A DNA stretch of 47,592 bases from an uncultured Planctomycetota bacterium (GTDB lineage: Bacteria; Planctomycetota; SKW154), in contig CAZPBO010000002.1 in assembly GCA_964584815.1 (NCBI GenBank), forward strand, positions 1 to 47,592, read 5' to 3'. How positions within the stretch are numbered: position 1 is the first letter of the stretch; the number at the start of each line of letters is the position of its first letter. Positions 1 to 7,604 of this stretch are shown here, in pieces. A model generated the notes under the pieces. The model made no database searches and was not told where the DNA came from. It saw only the letters and a list, made by a program, of their open reading frames with translations. The position numbers were made by a program, and so were the translations under genes.

Positions 1-522
1 TTTGATAGTCCAATAGGAACACTGCTTGTCGCAACAACATCAAATGGAGTCTGTGCGCTGCAGTTTTTAAGGGATGAGAAAAAGCAATTGGCGGCGCTCA
101 AACGACGACTACAACAACACTTTGAGTTGGACGCTTCGCTTGTGAGGGAGTTTTCGCGTTATGTGAGGTGGTTTGTGGAGGGGCAGCGTGTTGTGGGGAG
201 TTGGTCGCTTGACCTGCGGGGAGTGGGCGCATTCAGGCGGGCGGTTTATGAGAAGTTGCGGTCTGTGGGATGGGGGAAGGTGACGACATATGGCGACCTT
301 GCGCGGGCGGTGGGGAACCCTAAAGCGGCGCGGGCGGTCGGTCAGGCTATGGCGCATAATCCCATCATCCTGCTTGTCCCCTGTCACAGGGTGGTGTCGT
401 CTGACGGAAGTCTGGGCGGTTTTACGGCGGGGGTTGATGTGAAGAAGCGTCTGCTGGGTGCGGAGGGGGTGGAGGTGGTCAGGGACCGCATACCTCTACG
501 GCGCTACCGCGCGCGGTTTTGA
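1..522 (+). CDS. ogt: Methylated-DNA--protein-cysteine S-methyltransferase (Ogt/MGMT family), 5' end cut by window edge
   Basis: Frame 1 is open from nt 1 (FDSPIGTLLVATTSNGVCALQF, typical MGMT N-domain) and runs into listed ORF 88..522. YGDLARAVGNPKAARAVGQAMAHNPIILLVPCHRVV carries the PCHRV acceptor-cysteine motif. Confidence 0.9.
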   Translation, partial: FDSPIGTLLVATTSNGVCALQFLRDEKKQLAALKRRLQQHFELDASLVREFSRYVRWFVEGQRVVGSWSLDLRGVGAFRRAVYEKLRSVGWGKVTTYGDLARAVGNPKAARAVGQAMAHNPIILLVPCHRVVSSDGSLGGFTAGVDVKKRLLGAEGVEVVRDRIPLRRYRARF

Positions 523-1252
523 GGCGTTCAGCAGCGCTTCCTTCCACCACCGCCACCTCAAGTCTGCCAAAACTGCCCCACAGCCATACAAGAGTCCCTT
601 TTCTGGCATCGCTGTATGTGCGCACATGCCGACCTATCTGCCGCCCACTCACACGCACGCTCGCCTCCGCGCCTATCCCCGCCTCTTCAAGATGGACCTT
701 CTTTATGTTGGTCACAAGGTTACCGAATGTGTCCACATGCACAACCCTGCCTCTAACGAGGTTGTCTGACACATCGGGTTCGGGCAGAACCAGCATAGTC
801 GGTTTATGTTCTGGTCCGACTTCTTCTATATTCAGTCCTGCGGCGATACGGGCTGCGACTGGCGCCATTATGTCGCGACCGTGAAATGTGGGTGAGACAG
901 GACGCAGCATAAGGGATTCGTTTTCAATTTTGAAGACGGCGGCGTCAGAAAGGAGCGGCGTTAGCACACCGTTGTCGGGGGCTATTGCAACCACTTCTCC
1001 GCTTTTTGCTGCAATCACCGCGCGCTCACCACCCACACCCGGGTCCACCACCACAACCAGAACACAAGGCGGCAGATACGGCGCCATATCCTCCAGCACA
1101 AGCGCAGCATAGGCGATGTCGTGCGACGGAATGGAATGGGTAATGTCGTATACGGCGCTTTGGGGGGAAAGAGTAAGGGCGACCGCCCGCATTGCCGCCA
1201 CATATACACTGCCTTCTCCCAAGTCGCTCATCAGGAAGATAGGCAGACTCAT
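479..1252 (-). CDS. SAM hydroxide adenosyltransferase family protein (DUF62, SAM hydrolase / halogenase fold)
   Basis: 257 aa. The N-terminal IFLMSDLGEGSVYVAAMRAV and VVVVDPGVGGERAVIA blocks are characteristic of DUF62. Its ATG overlaps the upstream stop (ATGA at 1249-1252). Its 3' end overlaps ogt convergently by 44 nt. Confidence 0.75.
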   Translation of the reverse strand: MSLPIFLMSDLGEGSVYVAAMRAVALTLSPQSAVYDITHSIPSHDIAYAALVLEDMAPYLPPCVLVVVVDPGVGGERAVIAAKSGEVVAIAPDNGVLTPLLSDAAVFKIENESLMLRPVSPTFHGRDIMAPVAARIAAGLNIEEVGPEHKPTMLVLPEPDVSDNLVRGRVVHVDTFGNLVTNIKKVHLEEAGIGAEASVRVSGRQIGRHVRTYSDARKGTLVWLWGSFGRLEVAVVEGSAAERLKTARGSAVEVCGP

Positions 1253-1443
1253 TTCTTTTTCCCACCACCTTTACGACGCTTCCTCGCCACATAGACTCGC
1301 AACTTAGGCAGCCCGAAGGGGGAGTCTTTTTCGGCGTCCCATTTTCCGTCACGCATAAGACGCATTATCCGCTCATAGCGGGTTAGGACACTCCTTTTGG
1401 CGGCTTGCAGACCCTTTGAGCGAAGACTTGAGTGTATGGACAT
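1249..1443 (-). CDS. Small basic protein (64 aa, Lys/Arg-rich tail; resembles the 'small basic protein' family I recall as TIGR04137)
   Basis: MSIHSSLRSKGL...RYERIMRLMRDGKW...DSPFGLPKLRV...KRRKGGGKKK. A strong AAGGAGGG RBS lies inside the 3' end of the upstream gene, and both ends are translationally coupled. The family name is from memory and unverified. Confidence 0.6.
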   Translation of the reverse strand: MSIHSSLRSKGLQAAKRSVLTRYERIMRLMRDGKWDAEKDSPFGLPKLRVYVARKRRKGGGKKK

Positions 1444-1445
1444 AA

Positions 1446-2327
1446 TCAGCCCTCCTTAATCAGGACAGCGTCTCCGACACTGCGCCCTATAAAGGATGCT
1501 ATAACCTCGCATTTTATGGTCAACAAGAAATAGACGGCTTTACCGGCAAAGGGCTGTCCGGGGCGCACTTCTCCTTCCAGAGTTTCGTAGTTACCCTGTC
1601 CTTTGGCAAGCACTAAGTCGGATGACAGGAAAAGGTCGCGGAACTGTTTTGAGCAGGTGTGGAGAGGTGTGCCGACGACATCAATTCCGCAGTCTGTGAG
1701 AGTTGCGAGTCGGTCAGCACCTGCGTCGGCGGCGTCCTCATATGTTGCGTCGTTGAACATCGGCGCCCTTCTTACGACCCCTGTCACTGACAGGTTTTTA
1801 TTCACTTTTTTAAGACACTCAATCAAGAGTGTGTCAAAGACAATCTCGCCTGCGTTGTCAAAGATGAAAAGGAGGGTAGCGGCATTTTGGATGTCGTTGC
1901 GGAATTCCTCGTAGTCTGGGGCGTGGAAGGGTGTGGCGTCGTAAGCGTCAAGGATTTTTTGAGGGGAGGAGAGTTCGGTGGTGAGAGCGTCCAGTTGGTT
2001 GGCGACGGCGGCGATTTTGAGGGCGGCGAAGAGCGGGTCGGCGGCGGCGCTCATCAACCTTCTTGCGGCAGGCAACACTTTTTTGGCGAGGGTATTGAGG
2101 TCGCGCCGTTCTTGGGCGTATGGGTCACGGTTGCCGAGTAGTTTTGCCATACGGATGTAGGATTCAGCGGCGATGTCGGGTGGGGTGCGCTCAGTGTGGG
2201 AGTTGCGGAGAACATCCATCGTTTCTCCCAGAACTTTGCGCAGCAGCCATTCATCTTCTGAAACGCGCCGCGCAGTCTTCAGTAGCGCCTTAAGTATGCA
2301 CGGATAGCATTCAGGTTTCACCTTCAT
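1446..2327 (-). CDS. DUF89 / ARMT1-like damage-control phosphatase family protein
   Basis: 293 aa. N-terminal MKVKPECYPCILK (CxxC start typical of DUF89 subfamily I) and an IFDNAGEIVFD metal-binding block. Its start abuts the upstream stop (TGA-ATG, 2325-2330). Confidence 0.8.
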   Translation of the reverse strand: MKVKPECYPCILKALLKTARRVSEDEWLLRKVLGETMDVLRNSHTERTPPDIAAESYIRMAKLLGNRDPYAQERRDLNTLAKKVLPAARRLMSAAADPLFAALKIAAVANQLDALTTELSSPQKILDAYDATPFHAPDYEEFRNDIQNAATLLFIFDNAGEIVFDTLLIECLKKVNKNLSVTGVVRRAPMFNDATYEDAADAGADRLATLTDCGIDVVGTPLHTCSKQFRDLFLSSDLVLAKGQGNYETLEGEVRPGQPFAGKAVYFLLTIKCEVIASFIGRSVGDAVLIKEG

Positions 2328-2840
2328 TCACTCGGCTCCCACAACCCACGCTTTCAGTCCACGCGACCATCTCTTGGTCAGAACAGCGAGCGCTTGTTGC
2401 GCCTTCCTTTCCGCTTCTTTCCTGCTTTTGAGTCCGCGAACCACAACGCAGTAACCTTTGCTGACCCGCCCGATGCGGGCGCCTTCAAGTCCACTGCTTT
2501 TAAGAAGGGTGAGCGCTTCTCGGGCTCCCTTTATGTCGCGCCAAGTGCCGCAGGCAAAGCCGTAGTTCTCCGTTGCGGGTTTCTTCTGCAGTGCCGTCAT
2601 ACGCCCCACCAGAAAGGCGCCCACGACCGTTGCCACAAAAAAGACTATGGCGACATAGAGCGTTTCGCGGCGCAATGTTATGGTGCGCTCCCCACTGGCG
2701 GCGGTCTCAACCTGCGGCGACACCGCATTTCTGCCGCTTTCCTCTCCGAACAATTCAAAAAAGTGCTTTGCTCTTCCCACAAAACCTCTCCCATCCGACA
2801 ACATAAAAATGCTACAGGCAGAAAACCCCGCCGTCAACAA
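2328..2840 (-). CDS. Membrane-anchored SPOR-like domain protein
   Basis: One TM helix (LYVAIVFFVATVVGAFLVG) followed by YGFACGTWRDIKGAREALTLLKSSGLEGARIGRVSKGYCVVVRGLKSRKEAERKAQQAL. This matches the beta-alpha-beta-beta-alpha-beta SPOR pattern. The start is uncertain (ATG 2840 or 2804). Confidence 0.55.
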   Translation of the reverse strand: MLTAGFSACSIFMLSDGRGFVGRAKHFFELFGEESGRNAVSPQVETAASGERTITLRRETLYVAIVFFVATVVGAFLVGRMTALQKKPATENYGFACGTWRDIKGAREALTLLKSSGLEGARIGRVSKGYCVVVRGLKSRKEAERKAQQALAVLTKRWSRGLKAWVVGAE

Positions 2841-2856
2841 CGATTTGACTTACGCG

Positions 2857-4524
2857 TCAGAAGTCTATCTTGGCGTAGAAGAATTGTTGCGGGTCGCGCT
2901 TGTCGGCTATGGAGTCAAGCAGTGCCGCTACCGAATATGTGGCGTAATCGTTGAACGCCTCCTTACCGTTTATCACCACCCTTATCGGCTTTGAGAGGTC
3001 AACCAGTTTGTCGTTGAGATAAAGCGAGAAACCTGACGAGGGACCATCAATGGTTATCTCGTTTTTTGCGCGGTCAATTTTTGCCACGATTTGGGATATG
3101 CCGCCGCGGTTCTTCACCCACCAGAAGAGCGTTTTGTATGGACGCGATGGCTCCCATATCACCATTTTGGGGTATGGGTTGCGTTTGTGCTTGAAAAGCC
3201 ACTCAATTATCGGACCGAGCCCTGATGGGGGCAACCCGTGTCCGATGCCGTTATACTCTTTGTAGACATACTCATAGGGACCGTATTTTTTCTTGAGTTC
3301 GGCGAGGACTTCAGCGGCTTTGCGGTCGGATGTGGGGGGAACGCGAGGGTCGTCGGCGCCGTGGTAGAAATATATCGGGGTGTTTTTCAAATTCACAACC
3401 GTCCCACGAGCAAGTCCTACAACACTTCCTCCCTGCCCCATCATCACAAATATCCCTCCAGCGCACGGCGCAAGACCTGCAAACACATCCGCATAATGTG
3501 TTCCTATTGACCAGGTTCCATATCCTCCCATACTGTGCCCCACAAGATAGATTCGGTTTGTGTCTATGGGGAATGTGCGCTTCATCTCCTCAATCAGCGC
3601 CATAACATAACGCTCCTCACGCTCCTTATTCCAAGCCGTCGCTTCCTTCTTTATCACCGTGGGGAAGACACAGATGGCGCCTTTTCTTGTGGCAAACGCC
3701 CATTTCTGAAGCGCCGTTCTGCCGTCCCCAACACCCTGTCCACCCCCGTGCAGTCCGATAACCAACGGATATTTGCGCATCTTAACGCGCGGAATGCAGA
3801 TGTAATATGTGCCAGGATATAGTTTGGAGTTAAGTTGCCCGCGTCCACCTTTATAGGTCGCTTTTGGACCGCGCTTCGCCTTGCGGAAAATCTCCCGTTT
3901 GAAGGAGAGGACATCGGAGCGCGAAAGTGGTTCAAATTTGGAGAGTTTTTCAAGAATCTGCTCCCGTTTTTTGTAGTCCTCTTCAGGCGTGGAGAAGAAC
4001 TCGCCGATGAGTTTTCGGATTTGGGCAAGTTTTGATTGGGAGGCAGATTTTACCTGTTTGGGGGTGGATGTCTTTTTTGAGGAGGTTTTTTTGACCGCGG
4101 CGCGCTTTTCAGCACGCTTTATCCGTCTTTCTCTCTCCGCCCGCAACTCCTCATACGCCTTCAACGCCTCCTTATGGTCGGGTTTCAGGGAGAGAGTCAA
4201 CTCCACCTCGGTCTTGTATTCGCGATAAAGTCCCTGCTTTTTGCACCATTTCGCCAGTTTCCAGTGTGCTTCGGCGTCATAAGGAGCAATTTTTTGGGAC
4301 TTCTCAGAGTAAATCTGCCAGCGAGTGGGTTTGCGCTCAATCCGCTCAACGCGCTCAATGTCTATTTTTGCGAGGATGTTCGGATACATCCGCACAAGGA
4401 TGTAGTCGTCGGTCTCCTCAAGGATTTCAGCCTCCACTTTGCCGCCGGAGGCGAGATGGATGATGTCTGCCTGTATGGAAAGCGCCGCTGCACAGAAGAC
4501 CACAATCAGAAACCAACGCCGCAT
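2857..4524 (-). CDS. Secreted alpha/beta-hydrolase (esterase/S9-like) with N-terminal beta/TPR-like module
   Basis: The start was moved to ATG 4524 (GGAGG RBS 7 nt upstream), giving signal peptide MRRWFLIVVFCAAALSIQA. The hydrolase core has VIGLHGGGQG and the nucleophile elbow GHSMGG. The N-terminal module is shared with 14284..15771 and the C-terminal half with 17056..19377. Confidence 0.7.
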   Translation of the reverse strand: MRRWFLIVVFCAAALSIQADIIHLASGGKVEAEILEETDDYILVRMYPNILAKIDIERVERIERKPTRWQIYSEKSQKIAPYDAEAHWKLAKWCKKQGLYREYKTEVELTLSLKPDHKEALKAYEELRAERERRIKRAEKRAAVKKTSSKKTSTPKQVKSASQSKLAQIRKLIGEFFSTPEEDYKKREQILEKLSKFEPLSRSDVLSFKREIFRKAKRGPKATYKGGRGQLNSKLYPGTYYICIPRVKMRKYPLVIGLHGGGQGVGDGRTALQKWAFATRKGAICVFPTVIKKEATAWNKEREERYVMALIEEMKRTFPIDTNRIYLVGHSMGGYGTWSIGTHYADVFAGLAPCAGGIFVMMGQGGSVVGLARGTVVNLKNTPIYFYHGADDPRVPPTSDRKAAEVLAELKKKYGPYEYVYKEYNGIGHGLPPSGLGPIIEWLFKHKRNPYPKMVIWEPSRPYKTLFWWVKNRGGISQIVAKIDRAKNEITIDGPSSGFSLYLNDKLVDLSKPIRVVINGKEAFNDYATYSVAALLDSIADKRDPQQFFYAKIDF

Positions 4525-4619
4525 GTTAGTGCCTCCACAAACAAACCTTATAAATTCTAACACACATATACCCGTGATGGTCAGGTTTGAGTAATATGAT
4601 TTGTGACTCTGACAAAGGC

Positions 4620-4648
4620 TTGACAGAGGCGGGTTGTTGGGCTATATG
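4620..4648 (+). promoter_or_regulatory. Sigma70-type promoter for the tRNA-Gly/tRNA-Thr pair
   Basis: TTGACA (4620-4625), 17-nt spacer, TATATG (4643-4648), ending 12 nt before the tRNA-Gly 5' end. Confidence 0.55.
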
Positions 4649-4660
4649 AGAGTTAGGGAT

Positions 4661-4733
4661 GCGGGCGTAGCTCAATTGGTAGAGCATCGGCCTTCCAAGC
4701 CGGTGGTTGTGGGTTCGAGTCCCATCGCCCGCT
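4661..4733 (+). tRNA. glyT: tRNA-Gly (anticodon UCC)
   Basis: Hand-folded cloverleaf. Acceptor GCGGGCG/CGCCCGC, anticodon stem TCGGC/GCCGG, loop CTTCCAA, T-arm GTGGG-TTCGAGT-CCCAT. No encoded CCA. Confidence 0.9.
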
Positions 4734-4738
4734 TGAAC

Positions 4739-4810
4739 GCCGCTGTAGCTCAGTGGTAGAGCGCACCCTTGGTAAGGGTGAGGTCACGGGTTCAAATCCC
4801 GTCAGCGGCT
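4739..4810 (+). tRNA. thrT: tRNA-Thr (anticodon GGU)
   Basis: Acceptor GCCGCTG/CAGCGGC, anticodon arm CACCC-TTGGTAA-GGGTG, T-loop TTCAAAT. No encoded CCA; followed by a TTTTTT run. Confidence 0.9.
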
Positions 4811-4837
4811 TTTTTCGCATATAAGGGGATGGAATAC

Positions 4838-4866
4838 TTGACACAACCCCATAAGTTCCTTATTAA
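4838..4866 (+). promoter_or_regulatory. Sigma70-type promoter for tuf-rpmG
   Basis: TTGACA (4838-4843), 17-nt spacer, TATTAA (4861-4866), 44 nt upstream of the tuf ATG. Confidence 0.6.
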
Positions 4867-4910
4867 ATTCTGCAACAACACGAAGGAGTAGTTTGTTAGG
4901 GGGATAGGAG

Positions 4911-6116
4911 ATGGCGAAGGAGAAGTTTGAGCGGAAGAAGCCTCACCTGAATGTGGGCACAATTGGTCACATTGACCACGGCAAGACGACGCTGACGGCG
5001 GCGATGACCATTAACCTCGCCAAGCACGGTCTGTCCAAACCGCGTCCGTTTGAGTCCATTGACAATGCACCAGAGGAGAAGACCCGCGGTATCACCATCA
5101 ATATTGCCCATGTGGAATACGAGACGGAGAACCGCCATTACGCCCACATTGACTGCCCTGGACACGCCGACTACATAAAGAACATGATAACAGGAGCGGC
5201 ACAGATGGACGGTGCTATTTTGGTCGTTGCCGCAAACGATGGTCCTATGCCGCAGACCCGCGAACATGTCCTGCTGGCTCGGCAGGTCAATGTTCCCTAT
5301 ATCGTCGTCTTCCTCAACAAAACCGACCTCGTTGACGACCCCGAACTGATAGAGTTGGTGGAGATGGAGTTGAGGGAACTGCTCAATCAGTATGACTTCC
5401 CTGGTGATGAGGTGCCGATAGTGAAGGGGTCGGCGCTGAAGGCGATGGAGTGCGGCTGCGGTAAGCGCGACTGCCCCAATTGCGGTTGCATCTTTGAACT
5501 GCTGGACACAATTGACAAATACTTCCCGCTGCCTGAGCGCGACATTGACAAACCCTTCCTGATGCCGATTGAGGACATCTTTTCCATCACAGGGCGTGGA
5601 ACGGTGGTTACAGGACGCGTTGAGCGCGGAATTATAAAGCCTGGTGACGCGGTGGAGATTGTGGGACTGCGGGATGAGACGATGAAGACGGTGGCGACAA
5701 GTCTTGAGATGTTCAACAAGATTCTTGATGATGCGCGGGCGGGCGACAATGTGGGTATACTTCTGCGTGGTGTGGACAAACGCGAGGTGAAGCGTGGTAT
5801 GGTGGTAGCAGCACCCGGCTCCATCACTCCCCACCGCCATTTCAAAGGACAGGTCTATGTCTTAAAGAAGGAAGAAGGCGGTCGTCATACGCCCTTCTTT
5901 GAGGGTTACAGACCACAGTTCTACTTCCGCACGACCGATGTCACAGGTAAAGTCGCCAAACTGCCAGAGGGTGTCAAGATGGTGATGCCCGGTGACAATG
6001 TTGAGATGGAGGTTGAGTTGATATATCCTGTGGCGATGGAGGAAGGACTGCGTTTTGCCATCCGTGAGGGTGGTAGAACGGTTGGGGCAGGTGTTGTGAC
6101 AAAGGTTCTTGACTGA
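4911..6116 (+). CDS. tuf: Elongation factor Tu
   Basis: 401 aa. [39 protein letters not shown] and NKTD G-motifs, full-length domains II/III. Carries an unusual Cys-rich insert (see findings). Confidence 0.98.
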   Translation: MAKEKFERKKPHLNVGTIGHIDHGKTTLTAAMTINLAKHGLSKPRPFESIDNAPEEKTRGITINIAHVEYETENRHYAHIDCPGHADYIKNMITGAAQMDGAILVVAANDGPMPQTREHVLLARQVNVPYIVVFLNKTDLVDDPELIELVEMELRELLNQYDFPGDEVPIVKGSALKAMECGCGKRDCPNCGCIFELLDTIDKYFPLPERDIDKPFLMPIEDIFSITGRGTVVTGRVERGIIKPGDAVEIVGLRDETMKTVATSLEMFNKILDDARAGDNVGILLRGVDKREVKRGMVVAAPGSITPHRHFKGQVYVLKKEEGGRHTPFFEGYRPQFYFRTTDVTGKVAKLPEGVKMVMPGDNVEMEVELIYPVAMEEGLRFAIREGGRTVGAGVVTKVLD

Positions 6117-6127
6117 GAGGAAGCGGT

Positions 6128-6286
6128 ATGGCACGGGTTCAGATATGGCTTGAATGCACAGTTTGCGGCAGTCGGAACTACCGCACAACGAAGAAGGGAG
6201 GCGGTGGCGTGGGCAAGATATCGTTGCGCAAATTCTGCCGCAAATGTCGCAAACACACCAAGCATAAAGAGCGCAAGGGCAAGTAA
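6128..6286 (+). CDS. rpmG: 50S ribosomal protein L33 (zinc-ribbon C+ form)
   Basis: Not in the ORF track (52 aa). My translation is MARVQIWLECTVCGSRNYRTTKKGGGGVGKISLRKFCRKCRKHTKHKERKGK. It has the CxxC...CxxC pair and the conserved position right after tuf. Confidence 0.85.
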   Translation: MARVQIWLECTVCGSRNYRTTKKGGGGVGKISLRKFCRKCRKHTKHKERKGK

Positions 6287-6309
6287 GTCCGTTTAAGGCG
6301 GAGAACAGA

Positions 6310-6346
6310 AGAGGCGGTAGTGTGCAGCGACCGCCTCTCTTTTTTC
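6310..6346 (+). terminator. Rho-independent terminator after rpmG
   Basis: Perfect 9-bp stem AGAGGCGGT / ACCGCCTCT with an 11-nt loop, followed by CTTTTTTC. Confidence 0.75.
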
Positions 6347-6401
6347 TTGACCAGCAGAGCCTTTGCCGATAACCTTTTCGCCCTATGCTTGAGGTTGAAT
6401 T

Positions 6402-7604
6402 ATGAGGGTTCTGGTTACGGGCGCAGCGGGCTTTATCGGCTCTCACCTCGTGCGCCATCTTGAGCGGCGTGGCTTTGCAGTCACCGCTCTTGATGACTTC
6501 TCGGAAGGACATCATCAGGCGCTTCCCCCACGCCTTGAAGTCTTCGAAGCCGATGTGCGCGACTTCAACGCCCTTACCCGCGTCTTTGGGCAGAGGCATT
6601 TTGACGCCATTGTCCACCTCGCCGCCCTGACCAGCGCGTCAGAGTCCTTTGAAGACCCACAACGCTACTTCATCACAAATCTTGTGGGAACGGTGACACT
6701 GCTGCGGGCTGCCGTGGACTTCCGTGTCTCCCGCTTCATTTTTGCATCCGACGCCGCTGTTTACGGAAAACCACGCAAAAAGATTGTGCACGAATCACAT
6801 CCCTGCCTTCCCGTCACCCCTTATGCCCGCAGCAAGCACTTTGTTGAGCAGATGCTGGCGGACTACTGGCGGGGATATGGTCTGACAGTTATGGCGTTGA
6901 GAGTTTTCGTTGTGGCAGGTGCTTGGGCGGAGGAAGGGGTGGGGGAGAGCCACCGCCTTGAGCGCCATCTTATCCCCAACCTTCTGAAGGTCGCCCTCGG
7001 GCAGAAAGATGCCATCACCATAAACGGCACCGACTATCCCACAGATGATGGAACGGCAATCCGTGATTATGTCCATATCCTTGATGTGTGCGAGGCGTTT
7101 GAGAAAGCGCTCCAGACGCCTTGTGAGCGCCCGGTGGTTCTCAATGTTGGGTCGGGTCGCGGACACAGCGTTCTTGAAGTCCTTAAAGTCGCAGAAAGGG
7201 TTACGGGAAAGTCAATCCCCTTCAAAAAAGGTCCTCGTCTTGAGCACGAACCCGCCCGTCTGGTCGGCTCGGTGGACGCCGCCGCACAATTCCTTGACTG
7301 GCATCCCACACGCTCTGACATCACGCAAATCGTCGCAGATGCCTGGCGTTGGCAGGAGAAACACCCCTACGGCTATGTGGAAGAGCGCCCCCGCCAGCGC
7401 AGGCTCTTCGGCGACATCATCCTTGAATTGGGCTTTGTTACACAACAGCAACTGGACGAAGCGCTCAAACTCCAAGCCCAGCAGGACGCTAAGGGAGAGC
7501 ACAAACTGCTCGGGGTGGTTATGCTTGAGGCAGGCATGCTCACACCAGACCAGTTAATCCGCGCTCTGAAAGAGATGGAGCGATATGTGGGGGAGGAAAA
7601 ATGA
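6402..7604 (+). CDS. galE: UDP-glucose 4-epimerase (GalE, NAD-dependent SDR) with a 72-aa C-terminal double T2SSE_N/MshEN-like motif
   Basis: MRVLVTGAAGFIGSHL Rossmann start, catalytic YARSKHFVE (YxxxK), typical GalE C-terminal ADAWRWQEKHPYGY. An extra tail follows: RRLFGDIILELGFVTQQQLDEALKLQ...KLLGVVMLEAGMLTPDQLIRALKEM. Confidence 0.85.
   Translation: MRVLVTGAAGFIGSHLVRHLERRGFAVTALDDFSEGHHQALPPRLEVFEADVRDFNALTRVFGQRHFDAIVHLAALTSASESFEDPQRYFITNLVGTVTLLRAAVDFRVSRFIFASDAAVYGKPRKKIVHESHPCLPVTPYARSKHFVEQMLADYWRGYGLTVMALRVFVVAGAWAEEGVGESHRLERHLIPNLLKVALGQKDAITINGTDYPTDDGTAIRDYVHILDVCEAFEKALQTPCERPVVLNVGSGRGHSVLEVLKVAERVTGKSIPFKKGPRLEHEPARLVGSVDAAAQFLDWHPTRSDITQIVADAWRWQEKHPYGYVEERPRQRRLFGDIILELGFVTQQQLDEALKLQAQQDAKGEHKLLGVVMLEAGMLTPDQLIRALKEMERYVGEEK

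Noticed and set aside
4896-5840. 314-aa minus-strand ORF (and 5387..5845, 5862..6617, 5921..6265)
   Set aside because: These are antisense to tuf, rpmG and the galE start. tuf and rpmG are unambiguous.
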